Source of the DNA: a bacterium
Lineage (GTDB): Bacteria; Zhuqueibacterota; Zhuqueibacteria; Residuimicrobiales; Krinioviventaceae
Direction: 5' to 3'
NCBI GenBank assembly: GCA_963674595.2
Contig: CAXXFV010000020.1
Coordinates: 34,674 to 98,673 of the forward strand
Length of the DNA: 64,000 nt
The notes below the pieces were generated by a model, which worked only from the letters and a program-made list of their open reading frames with translations, had not been told where the DNA came from and did no database searches. Shown piece by piece: positions 48,447-59,035 of the stretch; the stretch's first letter is position 1; every line of letters begins with the position of its first letter. Both the position numbers and the translations under genes were made by a program.

Positions 48447-50231
48447 ATGAAAGATTTTTCTATAATTGCGGAAACTGCTTTCAATCATATGGGGAGTGTT
48501 ACATTTCTGAAAAAATTAATTACTCTGGCTGAAAGTAAAGGAATAAAGAATTTTTCTTTCCAGATTTTAAATCCGGAATCTTTATCTACAACAGATTATT
48601 CAAAATACAAGTTTTCTAAATTAGTAGAAATTTCATATCAAGATTGGGAGGACTTTTATACCTATTGTATTGAAAAGAGTGTAGAATTTATCCCATGTTT
48701 CCTTGATGAAAAATCGTTTGATAGTTTAAAACATTTAGAGTTTAATTATATTAAAGTTCATTCTACAGATTTATTTAATCGAGCGTTAATTCAAAAAATT
48801 ATAAAATATAATCCAAAAGCTGTTTTACTGGAAACACAATGTACTAATTTGCATGAAATTGATGTCGCTTTTCAAAATTTTAAATCATATACTGGGGAAA
48901 TAATCTTTTTTCATGGTTTTAGTGATTATCCAACAAGCTTGGAAGATCAAAATCTTAATATGATTTCTTTCCTGAAAGACAGATATAAAACAAGAGTTGG
49001 TTTTGCCGACCATACTTTAAGTACCGATTGCATCCCATTAATGGCTTTTGCAAAGGGTGCCAATATCATTGAAAAACATATAACACTTGTTCGTAATGAA
49101 AAAGATTTTGATTATCAAGTATCTTTAGAACTAGACGAGTTTGAGTTATTGAAAAATAATATTGAAAAATACAAGATCGCCTTGGGTGAAAAAGTAAAAT
49201 TTCCTGTAGAAAATGAGTATAAATACAAAAATTTGATTCATAAAAAGCCAATGCTGCAAAAAAATATTAAGGCTGGAGAAATAGTACTTGAGCAAGACCT
49301 TAAGATTATTAGATCAGATTTTGGTATACCTGCTGGATATTTTGGGTGTTATTTAAATAAACAAAGTAACAGAGATCTTTTAAAAGGTACAATGATACAG
49401 CCGGAAATTCATTTTGATCGTCAAAAAGTAGTTATTGCTTTAATAGCACGTCTAAAAAGCACTCGACTAAAAGATAAAGTGATTAAAAAAATAGACGATA
49501 AATATATGATTGAAATTTTAATTTCTCGATTAAAAAAAATTAATAATGTCGAAAAAATTGTTTTGGCTACTTCACACTTGGATGAAGACTATCCTCTCGT
49601 TGAGATTTGTAAAAATAACGGGATAGATGTATACCTGGGGGATCCGTTAAACGTTTTGGATCGTTTGGTTAATATTGGTGAAAAATATAATGCTGATGCT
49701 GTTATTCGTGTAACAGGTGACAATGTTTTGACTGATTACAAGTTGACATCCAAAATTATAGAGTTGTTTCTGGAAAATCCTGATTTAGATTTTATGCGAT
49801 GCAATGATTTACCTCTTGGCCTTGTCCCTGAAATCTTGAGCATGAAGTGTTTATATCAATTATATGATACAATGGGAAATCCAAATAAAAGTGAATATCT
49901 AACACTTTATGCCAACAGGCCGGAAATTTTTCATATTGGTATTATTAAACTAATTGAGAAATTTCATATTATTAATAACAGGTTGTCAATAGATACACCA
50001 GAAGATTTTAAATATTTGTTAATGCTTAAAGATTGGTGTAAGCCTGAAACATTAGAGTCGGTTGATTTGAATGACATTATTGGTTTTATGGTAAATAATC
50101 CTGTGAGTTCGGATGAAATATTAAATAAGGAATTCAAGTTGCCAGACGGCCGGACAACCACTTTTAAAAAGTTTTCGGATGAACAAAAGGATAAAGAATT
50201 AAAATCAAAAATATTTAATGTTAAATATTAA
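48447..50231 (+). CDS. Divergent NeuB-family synthase + SAF domain fused to SpsF-like cytidylyltransferase
   Basis: IIAE..NH.G, YPT, ADHT, IEKHITL in the N-terminal half; IARLKSTRLKDK, LATS, RVTGDN, RLSIDTPED in the C-terminal half. Confidence 0.82.
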   Translation: MKDFSIIAETAFNHMGSVTFLKKLITLAESKGIKNFSFQILNPESLSTTDYSKYKFSKLVEISYQDWEDFYTYCIEKSVEFIPCFLDEKSFDSLKHLEFNYIKVHSTDLFNRALIQKIIKYNPKAVLLETQCTNLHEIDVAFQNFKSYTGEIIFFHGFSDYPTSLEDQNLNMISFLKDRYKTRVGFADHTLSTDCIPLMAFAKGANIIEKHITLVRNEKDFDYQVSLELDEFELLKNNIEKYKIALGEKVKFPVENEYKYKNLIHKKPMLQKNIKAGEIVLEQDLKIIRSDFGIPAGYFGCYLNKQSNRDLLKGTMIQPEIHFDRQKVVIALIARLKSTRLKDKVIKKIDDKYMIEILISRLKKINNVEKIVLATSHLDEDYPLVEICKNNGIDVYLGDPLNVLDRLVNIGEKYNADAVIRVTGDNVLTDYKLTSKIIELFLENPDLDFMRCNDLPLGLVPEILSMKCLYQLYDTMGNPNKSEYLTLYANRPEIFHIGIIKLIEKFHIINNRLSIDTPEDFKYLLMLKDWCKPETLESVDLNDIIGFMVNNPVSSDEILNKEFKLPDGRTTTFKKFSDEQKDKELKSKIFNVKY

Positions 50232-50259
50232 TTTAAATTTATAACTATAGAGTAGTGAT

Positions 50260-51306
50260 ATGCTTGGAAATACTTTTATAATAGCTGAAATAGGGCAAAA
50301 CCATAACGGAGATATGGATCTGGCCCGGAAACTTGTCGACATTGCTGCTATGCCGATATTTGATAAATATGGTAATGTTGAATTGCCCGGGGCTAATGCT
50401 GTCAAGTTTACAAAAAGAGATTTAACCGAAGAATTAACAGTTGAAGAAATGAATAAACCCTATAATTCACCACATTCTTTTGGTCGAACTTATGGCGAAC
50501 ACCGAGAAAAATTAGAATTTTCGTATGAACAACATGCTGAACTTGAAAAATACTCACACTCAAAAGGATTAAAGTTTATAGAAACGCTTACCTCTATAAA
50601 GACAATTTCATTGTTAAATAAGGTAGATATTGATGCTATAAAAGTAGCTTCACGTGATTTAACAAATATTCCTTTATTGCATGAACTTGGAAAAACTAAA
50701 AAAAAGATAATAATATCTACAGGTATGAGTGGCGAAGATGAAATAGACTTGGCTATTAATATTATTTCAAAATATCATGATGATATATCAATTTTACATT
50801 GCATTTCTCAATATCCAGCATCGTATGATCATTTAAATCTATTAACGATACCGTATTTAAAAGAAAAATATCCTTATAAAATTGGCTTTAGTGATCATTC
50901 AATAGGTATTGTCATGTCGCCTGTTGCTGTGGCATTGGGAGCTGAAATTATTGAAAAACACATAACCTTGAATCGTCAAATGAAAGGATCTGACCATAGT
51001 GGGTCTTTAGCGCCAGACGGTCTGTGGAGAATGATAAGAGATATTCGCAATGTTGAAAAAGCAATGGGGAAAAAATGTAAGATTGTTCCATCTGTTATTA
51101 AAGAGAGTAAGTTGAAATTAGAAAGGTCCATTGCTACAACGCGTACAATAAAAGTAAATGAAACGATCCAGGAAAGAGACCTTTGTATGCTTAGTCCTGG
51201 GAATGGCTTGAGATGGGATGAACGAGAAAAAATTATTGGGAAACAAGTTAAACGAGAAATTCCTGAACATACAACTATTCAATTGAAAGATATTATTGAT
51301 GGATGA
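50260..51306 (+). CDS. NeuB-family nonulosonate(-9-phosphate) synthase, KDN-9-P synthase-like
   Basis: IIAEIGQNHNG, AVKFTKRD, KVASRD, ISTGM, LHC.S.YP, GFSDH, IEKHITL; C-terminal SAF domain. Confidence 0.88.
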   Translation: MLGNTFIIAEIGQNHNGDMDLARKLVDIAAMPIFDKYGNVELPGANAVKFTKRDLTEELTVEEMNKPYNSPHSFGRTYGEHREKLEFSYEQHAELEKYSHSKGLKFIETLTSIKTISLLNKVDIDAIKVASRDLTNIPLLHELGKTKKKIIISTGMSGEDEIDLAINIISKYHDDISILHCISQYPASYDHLNLLTIPYLKEKYPYKIGFSDHSIGIVMSPVAVALGAEIIEKHITLNRQMKGSDHSGSLAPDGLWRMIRDIRNVEKAMGKKCKIVPSVIKESKLKLERSIATTRTIKVNETIQERDLCMLSPGNGLRWDEREKIIGKQVKREIPEHTTIQLKDIIDG

Positions 51307-51841
51307 ATTGAGTTACAAGTGCAAAAAAATCAAATTGTTCCTTACGGATGTTGACGGTGTATTGACAGATGCTGGCATGTATTATACTGAAAATGGTGAT
51401 GAATTAAAAAAATTTAATACACTTGATGGTGGTGGTCTTTTACTTTTAAAATATATTGGTATTAAACGTGGTATTTTAACATCCGAAAAAACGAAATTGG
51501 TTGAAAGGAGAGCTGAGAAATTAAGATTGGATTATGCTTTCCAGGGTGTACAAGACAAATTGTCTTTTGTAAATAATTTATGTAATGATTTAAATTTAAA
51601 ATTAGAAGAAATTGCTTACATCGGTGATGATATTAATGACATTCCTCTTTTGCAAAATGTAGGTGTTTCAGCAAGTGTACCTAATAATTTTTTAAATAAA
51701 TCGGTTAATCTAAGTTATATCACAAAAAGGCAAGGAGGGCAGGGGGCTGTTAGAGAATATATTGAATGGATTTTAAACCAAAGACAAGAGTATGACATTG
51801 CACTTGAAAAATATTTTAACGATAAATTGTTGAAAAAATAA
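51299..51841 (+). CDS. KdsC-family HAD phosphatase (KDO-8-P/KDN-9-P phosphatase)
   Basis: TDVDGVLTD, KKFN..DG, YIGDDINDI, GGQGAVRE. Confidence 0.88.
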   Translation: MDELSYKCKKIKLFLTDVDGVLTDAGMYYTENGDELKKFNTLDGGGLLLLKYIGIKRGILTSEKTKLVERRAEKLRLDYAFQGVQDKLSFVNNLCNDLNLKLEEIAYIGDDINDIPLLQNVGVSASVPNNFLNKSVNLSYITKRQGGQGAVREYIEWILNQRQEYDIALEKYFNDKLLKK

Positions 51842-53274
51842 TGTCAGAAACAAAAAGACTGTCTAAAGAATTATTTATTTATGTTTTAGGTGAATTTTTT
51901 TCAAAATCCCTCACTTTTTTACTATTACCAATTTATGCTTATTATTTTTCAGTAGATGAATTTGCTACACTAAGTTTGATTTCAATTATATGGCCTTTAT
52001 TAATAATAATTTTTGGATCTGGGTTTTCTACATTCATATTACGCGGCTACTATGATTATAACGAGAAAAAAGGGGAATTCTTTTTTACAATATTATTTTT
52101 ATCAATATTATTAGCCTTGTTATTCGCAGGTATAATTCACTTTACTGGTGAGCATCTCGTACGATTAATTTTTAATAATTTATCATACAAACCATTGCTC
52201 CAATATTCTGTTCTGTTTGCCTTATTTAGATTGTATTTCAATCATATTCTCGCCTTTTTTAGAGCGGAACGAAGGCCAATTATTGTGGTTACATTGTCCT
52301 TTCTGATATTTTTATCAATCTCCTTAACAACTCTATACATGGCAATTATTGAAAAATCAAGTTTGGAATCTTTACTAAAGGCACAAGCTATCACATATTT
52401 TTTTAATGTGATTTTATTCAGTGTGGTTATAAAACCTCATATTGAATTTAAAATTAACTTGAATATATTCAAGTCCAGTTTGTTTTTTGTAATACCTTTA
52501 TTACCTCATGCATTATCAAGCTGGGTTGTACCATATATCAGTAGAGTTTTTATTCAACGCTCTTTACCTGCATATGATTTGTCTTTGTATCATATAGCAG
52601 CACAGATCGCATTGGTTTTAGGCGTTTTAAATTCAGGATTGAACCAATCTTGGATTCCATTTGTATATTCCAATTATCAAAAACCAAATTTTAAAAAATT
52701 ATTTAAAGTTGGGGCACAAAGATATTTAGTGTTTTCATTTATATGTGCTTTATGCATTATTTTTGGTTGTAAAGAATTGTTATTATTGATTGGTAAAGCT
52801 GAATATTTTTCGGCTGTTAAGATTGTTCCGATTCTGGTTATTGCCTATATTTTTCAGGCTGTGTATTTTTTACATACTCCATTACTTTTATACCATAAAA
52901 AAACAAATGTATTTCCAATTATTTCAATATCGTCTGGAACAATTTGTGTTTTACTAAATATCTTGTTACTTCCCGTTTTAAATGTGTATGGTGCCGCTTT
53001 AGCTACTCTGATTTCATTTGTTCTTATGGCAAAATTAGCGAGTGTTTTTAGCAGAAAATTAATTATTATCGATTTCGTTGAACGTTCGTTTATAACTTTT
53101 CTTATTCTGGTAATTGTTGTTGGAAGTTTTTATTTGGTAATAACTAATTATTGGAATTTGTTTTATCGACTTGTTTATATAATAGTTACTTTTTCATTAT
53201 TAATTGTTTATTTAATGAAAGGTACTTTAGTGTTCGGGCAGAATAAAATATTTACATTTAAAAAAATATTGTAG
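51841..53274 (+). CDS. Wzx-type oligosaccharide flippase
   Basis: About 12-14 TM helices; FLLLPIY, PLLPHALS.W, LNILLLP....GAA.AT. Confidence 0.85.
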   Translation: MSETKRLSKELFIYVLGEFFSKSLTFLLLPIYAYYFSVDEFATLSLISIIWPLLIIIFGSGFSTFILRGYYDYNEKKGEFFFTILFLSILLALLFAGIIHFTGEHLVRLIFNNLSYKPLLQYSVLFALFRLYFNHILAFFRAERRPIIVVTLSFLIFLSISLTTLYMAIIEKSSLESLLKAQAITYFFNVILFSVVIKPHIEFKINLNIFKSSLFFVIPLLPHALSSWVVPYISRVFIQRSLPAYDLSLYHIAAQIALVLGVLNSGLNQSWIPFVYSNYQKPNFKKLFKVGAQRYLVFSFICALCIIFGCKELLLLIGKAEYFSAVKIVPILVIAYIFQAVYFLHTPLLLYHKKTNVFPIISISSGTICVLLNILLLPVLNVYGAALATLISFVLMAKLASVFSRKLIIIDFVERSFITFLILVIVVGSFYLVITNYWNLFYRLVYIIVTFSLLIVYLMKGTLVFGQNKIFTFKKIL

Positions 53275-53361
53275 CATTAGAGTTTTATATTTCTTATGTT
53301 GGTTTTACAAGGTTTGTGTATAGTAAAATTACTCTTGGCACTTAACATTTTGGGAGGAAAA

Positions 53362-54465
53362 ATGAAAGCAAAATTTCAGATTTTAATTTTTTTATTGATT
53401 CCTTTATTGTTTGCTTGTATGAACAAGAACGATTTTAATACCATGGAAAGTACTGCTACTTTGGACAAGTGTACAGTACATTTTCAGCTAAAAAAATCCG
53501 ATGGTTTAGGAGATAAAGTTGTAGCTGCGAAAGCAATTGTTACTGCTAACGATATGGATTCAATTTGTGTTGATTTAATTGTGTCAGATTCTGTAATATT
53601 GGGGATTATTACTGATATTCCGGCAGGAAATAATAGAAAGTTCGAAATACTAACTTTTGATATTTCTGGTAATTTAAGTTATTATGGTATGACGATAGCA
53701 GATATTACTCCTGGGGCTGTTGCTAACCTGTTGATTGTGCTTTATCCGGTAGATCAGACTGGAAGTGCTACTATCACAGGATATTTTGCACCGGGGCAAG
53801 GTGATATAAATACCGGACTTGCTTTTGATGGATATAATGATTTTGTTATTGTTAAAGATCCCCCTGAACAATTTAATAAATTAACAGCTTTAACCATTGA
53901 AGCAAAAATTAAACTTGGTTCATATCAAAATGACTATACAAGAATTATCGAAAGATCAGATAATATCAAGGATGATAGAATTGTTTTTGCTGTTCTGAAC
54001 CAGTATCTTCATATGAATATAAATGGTATTAGTGTAACTTCAAGTCATGAAATCCCACTAAATGAATGGACTCATGTAGCGGGTGTTTTTACTGGTCAAG
54101 AAATTATTTTATTTATTGACGGAAAACAGTCGAATTATACCGTATGCGCTGATACAATTGATTTAGATACTAATGAGATTTTTATCGGCAATAGTTTAGT
54201 AAAAACAAATCCATTTAATGGTTGTATAGATGAAATTCGAATATGGAGTGTATCGAAAGACCATGATGAAATTCGAAATAATATAGATGCTCAACTAACT
54301 GGTGATGAACCAAACTTATTGGCTGTTTGGACAATGAATGAGGGGATGGGGCAACTAATAATTGATAAGGTTTCTAGATTAGTTGGATACCTTGGAAATT
54401 CAGTGTTGGATGATGAATTTGACCCTGTTTGGGATGTAGTTGATGATATTCAAACCGGTATATAA
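53362..54465 (+). CDS. LamG/concanavalin-like domain lipoprotein
   Basis: GGAGG SD, lipobox LFAC; L.FDG..D, TIEA.I, W.HVAGV, F.G.IDEIRIW. Confidence 0.8.
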   Translation: MKAKFQILIFLLIPLLFACMNKNDFNTMESTATLDKCTVHFQLKKSDGLGDKVVAAKAIVTANDMDSICVDLIVSDSVILGIITDIPAGNNRKFEILTFDISGNLSYYGMTIADITPGAVANLLIVLYPVDQTGSATITGYFAPGQGDINTGLAFDGYNDFVIVKDPPEQFNKLTALTIEAKIKLGSYQNDYTRIIERSDNIKDDRIVFAVLNQYLHMNINGISVTSSHEIPLNEWTHVAGVFTGQEIILFIDGKQSNYTVCADTIDLDTNEIFIGNSLVKTNPFNGCIDEIRIWSVSKDHDEIRNNIDAQLTGDEPNLLAVWTMNEGMGQLIIDKVSRLVGYLGNSVLDDEFDPVWDVVDDIQTGI

Positions 54466-54527
54466 TGTTTTTATGATATATACAAACCTTGCCTGATTTA
54501 TATTTATTTAATTGTTAGAGGTGTAAC

Positions 54528-57080
54528 GTGGTTAAAGAAAAAAGAAAAGTTAGGGAAAAGACACAATCTAATACCCCATCGTTCTGGTCAAAACATCCTT
54601 TGTTGACTTTTGTAATTATCGCATTTGTATTGCTTTTGGTGTTTTACAACCAACTGATGTTGGGTAATAAAACTTTTGTATCCCCTGATAAAATGTCTTC
54701 AAAGGCTGTACAGCCATTTGTTAATGATGCCCTCAATAAAGGGATTTTTCCGCTTTGGTGCCCGTACATTTTCGGTGGAATGCCCTCTTTTGCCAGTTTA
54801 CTGAGCGCACCACGTGTGAATGTGCCTGACCAAACTGCGATTAAAGTTTTATCGTTCTTAGATTCTTTTCTTCCGATTCCACAGTTTACATTCATGTTTT
54901 TAAATTATCTGCTCTTTGCAGTTCTCATGTACGCTTTGATGCGGAGTTTAAAGGTCAATAGAATGGCGGCTGCTTTGGCCGGTCTTGTTACGATTTTTTT
55001 ACCACAATTTACCGCTTTTACCGCCTTTAGTCATAATTCCAAATTTGTTGCCAGTGTGCTGATTCCGCTGATTTTCATGCTGACGTATAAAATGTTTCAA
55101 AAGAAAAGCTTGCTTTATTTCAGTCTTTTGGCATTAACACTCGGTTTTCAAATGCTGCGGGCCCATGTTCAGGTTTGCTATTATACCTACCTTATGCTGG
55201 GAGTATTTTTTGTTATAAATTCCGTTTTTGAATGGCGTCAGGAAAAATCGGTAAAAAATATTTCTACCCATCTTGTGCTGCTCGGCGGGGCCGTGGTTGC
55301 CGGTGTTTTATTGTCTTCTGTAATATATGTTTCAGTCTTTGATTACCAGCAGTTCTCTATCCGTGGTGCCGGCGCTGGTAACGGACTCGACTTTGGCTAT
55401 GCCACAAACTGGTCTTTTCACCCCATAGAGATGATCACCTTTTTAATCCCCTCTTTTATGGGATACGGTGGTGCAACCTATTGGGGCAAAATGCCCTTTG
55501 CTGATTATCCCTATTATTTTGGTATTTTTGTCTTTTTACTCGCGGGGATTCCGTTTATTCTAAAAAGAGACAAAATTACCTGGTCTATGGGATTTGTTTC
55601 ATTATTTGCTCTTTTGGTTTCTTTTGGAAAACACTTTTCCATTTTATATACACCCATGTTTAAATTTTTACCGTTTTTTAATAAATTTCGTGTTCCAAGT
55701 ATGATTCATATTATACTTGATATTGCCCTTGTTATTTTAGCGGCTTATGGTCTGCATGCTTTGATGGAAATCGGGCCAAAACTTTCGGATAAAAAATATG
55801 CATCGATAAAAAAAGCATTAAATCGCTATCTTGTAATTTTTACCTCGGTTGTTGCTGTTTTGGCGCTTTTTGTGTTATTGGGAAAATCTGTGTTGTTGGG
55901 CATGATTGCTGATGCCAGGGCTAATTTGGATGCCGCTCAACGTGAACTCGCCTATACGAAAGCCGTTACAGACAGCCTGAAGGCCATTGTATTTGCCGGA
56001 TTAGGTTTTTTTATTATTGCTCAGTTTTTAAAGAACAAACTATCCGGCAGGAACCTTGCTATTTTTATTATTATACTTTCTGTGATTGATGTATGGATGG
56101 TGGGTTCAAAAATTGTGAATCCTCTTTCTCCTTCAAGTGAAAAAATGTATTTTGCCGAAACACCGGCTGTTAAGTTTATTAAAAGTCAAAATGATAATAG
56201 CCGTATTTTCCCTGTATTGGATGATAAAAGCGGCAACTGGTATATGTATCATCTTCTTCAAAATATTCAAGGTTATAGCGCTGCAAAATTACGTATTTAT
56301 CAGGATTTTCTTAATGAAACCGGCTTTGATTCAAGGGACCAGGCAGGTTTAAATCCTTTTTTATCAAAATACTGGCGATATGCCATGCGTGATAAAAGAC
56401 CAACCTGGATACCTGTGCCCGTTCAACAGATTGATCCTAAAAACCTGTCGTTTCATGCTTCCATGCTTGATATGTTGAATGTAAAATATATAATCAACAG
56501 CTATCTGCCGATTAATGATCCCCGTTATCGTCAGGTTTTCAAAGAGGAAAATACACTTGTTTATGAGAACACAACAGTATTGCCAAAGGCATTTTTTGTA
56601 GATTCTGTCGTTGTACTGAAAAATCGTCAACATATATTTGATGAAATGAAAAAAGAAGAGTTTGATCCCGGGAAACTGGCTGTTATTGAAAAGGAAGCGC
56701 CATTTGCCCTTTCTTCATCAGATGGTAATGTTGTTGACCTAACCGGCTATGAACTGCATAAAATCAGCCTGGATGCTCACGTAAAGGCTCCGACGTTATT
56801 AGTTTTAAGTGAAATTTATTTCCCTTCCGGTTGGAAAGCATTTGTAGATGGTCAGGAAACAGAAATTTTTAAAACAAATTATATCCTCCGATCTGTATTT
56901 TTACAGCCCGGAGATCATAAAATAGTGTTCCGTTTTAATCCGGCTTCCTTTAAAATTGGTTTATGGATGAGTTTAGGTACATTAATGGCGCTTGTCGGAT
57001 TATTTGGTGTCACTTTTTTCAATGATATTAAAGGTCGTTTCGGGAAGAAACCGCCATTTGCTAAAGAATCCGGTGAGTAA
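54528..57080 (+). CDS. YfhO-family polytopic membrane protein (GT-C-like)
   Basis: PLWCPYIFGGMP, H.Q..YY, NKFRVPS, LSEIYFPSGWKAFVDG, NYILR.V..PGDH. Confidence 0.85.
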   Translation: MVKEKRKVREKTQSNTPSFWSKHPLLTFVIIAFVLLLVFYNQLMLGNKTFVSPDKMSSKAVQPFVNDALNKGIFPLWCPYIFGGMPSFASLLSAPRVNVPDQTAIKVLSFLDSFLPIPQFTFMFLNYLLFAVLMYALMRSLKVNRMAAALAGLVTIFLPQFTAFTAFSHNSKFVASVLIPLIFMLTYKMFQKKSLLYFSLLALTLGFQMLRAHVQVCYYTYLMLGVFFVINSVFEWRQEKSVKNISTHLVLLGGAVVAGVLLSSVIYVSVFDYQQFSIRGAGAGNGLDFGYATNWSFHPIEMITFLIPSFMGYGGATYWGKMPFADYPYYFGIFVFLLAGIPFILKRDKITWSMGFVSLFALLVSFGKHFSILYTPMFKFLPFFNKFRVPSMIHIILDIALVILAAYGLHALMEIGPKLSDKKYASIKKALNRYLVIFTSVVAVLALFVLLGKSVLLGMIADARANLDAAQRELAYTKAVTDSLKAIVFAGLGFFIIAQFLKNKLSGRNLAIFIIILSVIDVWMVGSKIVNPLSPSSEKMYFAETPAVKFIKSQNDNSRIFPVLDDKSGNWYMYHLLQNIQGYSAAKLRIYQDFLNETGFDSRDQAGLNPFLSKYWRYAMRDKRPTWIPVPVQQIDPKNLSFHASMLDMLNVKYIINSYLPINDPRYRQVFKEENTLVYENTTVLPKAFFVDSVVVLKNRQHIFDEMKKEEFDPGKLAVIEKEAPFALSSSDGNVVDLTGYELHKISLDAHVKAPTLLVLSEIYFPSGWKAFVDGQETEIFKTNYILRSVFLQPGDHKIVFRFNPASFKIGLWMSLGTLMALVGLFGVTFFNDIKGRFGKKPPFAKESGE

Positions 57081-57092
57081 GAGTCGTTAAAA

Positions 57093-58295
57093 ATGTCTAT
57101 TCGCCGAACTTTATACCTGATGTCAGGCACACTGCGAGGTGCCTTTTTTATCGTTATTGTTGTTTGTCTTCTCGGCATTATTATTTATACTCAACAACTG
57201 GTAGCGGATTTACGTAAAGATACGCGAGACATTGTTGAATTTTATGCCACGACTATTCAGCGTGTTGCTTCCGAGCAGTTACCGCCGGAGGCGCTGGGTT
57301 GGTTTTTTGAAAATGTAACGCAGCGGACAAATTTCCCTCTGATATTAACTGATCCTGACGGGAATCCAAGTTCCTGGGAGGGGCTTGGAATTCCTGAAAC
57401 CGACAAATCTCCTGAAGCGCTTGAGCAGATCCATAAATTTATGCAACGGATGAAAAAGGAAAATGAACCGGTTGCTATTTCTTACGATGACCAGGTTATC
57501 AGTTATTTATATTATGGTGATTCCAAGCTGATTACGCAATTGGTTTATTTACCCTATATGACCATTATTGGTTTTGGGTTGCTGGTGTTAGTGGCATTTT
57601 TGGGATTCGACAGCATTAAAAGAAGCGAACAGCGTTTTATTTGGGTGGGAATGGCAAAGGAAACCGCTCATCAACTTGGAACACCGATTTCTTCCTTGAT
57701 GGGCTGGCTGGAAATTATGAAAGGAGGCAACCTTTCTCCTGAACTTTTGTCTGAAATCACTCATGATATTTCGATTGATGTAAAGCGCCTGGAAAAAGTA
57801 GCAGCCCGGTTTTCACAAATAGGATCAAATGCAGAGCTTAAAAAACAGGATATCCATATTATTATTTCGGATGTTGTGCATTATTTTCACCGACGTTTGC
57901 CGCAATCCGGTAAGGAAATAAAACTGATCACATATTTTGGAGATTTACCCAACGTTCCCATTAATAAAGATTTGTTTGAATGGGCCGTAGAAAATCTGAT
58001 TAAAAATGCCATTGATGCTATGAAGGGTAAAAACGGTAAAATTGAGATAACAACCGGCCGCACGCCGGATACACATCAACCTTTTATTGATTTTAAGGAT
58101 AACGGCAGCGGGATTCATGTTAAAGCCAGACGTGATATTTTTAAAGCCGGTTACAGTACCAAAAAAAGAGGATGGGGGTTGGGTTTAAATTTGTCCAAGC
58201 GTATTGTTGAAGATTTCCATAAAGGGAGATTATATATTAAAGAAACCCAGATCGGAAAAGGCACAACAATGAGGATTTTATTGAAAAAACAATGA
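57093..58295 (+). CDS. Sensor histidine kinase
   Basis: Two TM helices; AKETAHQLGTP H-box, ENLIKNAIDA, DNGSG, GWGLGL. Confidence 0.92.
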   Translation: MSIRRTLYLMSGTLRGAFFIVIVVCLLGIIIYTQQLVADLRKDTRDIVEFYATTIQRVASEQLPPEALGWFFENVTQRTNFPLILTDPDGNPSSWEGLGIPETDKSPEALEQIHKFMQRMKKENEPVAISYDDQVISYLYYGDSKLITQLVYLPYMTIIGFGLLVLVAFLGFDSIKRSEQRFIWVGMAKETAHQLGTPISSLMGWLEIMKGGNLSPELLSEITHDISIDVKRLEKVAARFSQIGSNAELKKQDIHIIISDVVHYFHRRLPQSGKEIKLITYFGDLPNVPINKDLFEWAVENLIKNAIDAMKGKNGKIEITTGRTPDTHQPFIDFKDNGSGIHVKARRDIFKAGYSTKKRGWGLGLNLSKRIVEDFHKGRLYIKETQIGKGTTMRILLKKQ

Positions 58296-59035
58296 CAGAT
58301 TTAAAAGATAAAATTATTGTTGTTACAGGAAGTTCCCGAGGAATAGGACGGTCGATTGCGCTTGCTTTAGCCCAAAAAAAAGCCTATATTGTCGTCAATT
58401 ATTTAAAAAGCGAAAATAAAGCAAAAGAGCTTGTGGACCTTATTTATAAACAAGGTGGTCAGGCTCAGGCTGTTCAGGCTGATGTTCGTGATTTTAATGC
58501 CGTAAAAAATATGTTTGCTGCTGTGAACAAGTCTTGTAAACGTATTGATGTTCTCATCAATAATGTGGGTGATTTTATTCATAAACCCCTTAAAGAACAC
58601 AGTGAAGCGGACTGGCACGATATGATTGACAGTAATTTAAATAGCTGTTTTTACTGCTGTCAAAACGTTGTGCCCTATATGAGAAAACAAAAATTCGGAC
58701 GGATTATAAACATCGGTCTTGCAAATGCGCATCGCATTCATGCGTTTCAAAATGTGGTTCCCTATGCTATTGCCAAAACCGGCGTTTTGGTGTTGACAAA
58801 ATCTCTGGCTGTTGCAGAAGCTGAAAACGGCATAACCGTAAATTCTGTTTCACCCGGTCTCATGCAGAATGGTTCATTAACGGATTCTGATATAAAGAGA
58901 ATGGAATCGGCCATTCCAATTGGAAGAGTTGGAAATGCGGATGACATAATCGGCGCTATAAATTATCTGTTGAGTAAAGAAGCAGAATATGTAACCGGTT
59001 CGGATATTGTCGTTAGTGGTGGTTGGGGAATTTAA
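58292..59035 (+). CDS. Short-chain dehydrogenase/reductase (FabG-like)
   Basis: TGSSRGIG, INNVG, YAIAK, VSPG. Confidence 0.88.
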   Translation: MTDLKDKIIVVTGSSRGIGRSIALALAQKKAYIVVNYLKSENKAKELVDLIYKQGGQAQAVQADVRDFNAVKNMFAAVNKSCKRIDVLINNVGDFIHKPLKEHSEADWHDMIDSNLNSCFYCCQNVVPYMRKQKFGRIINIGLANAHRIHAFQNVVPYAIAKTGVLVLTKSLAVAEAENGITVNSVSPGLMQNGSLTDSDIKRMESAIPIGRVGNADDIIGAINYLLSKEAEYVTGSDIVVSGGWGI

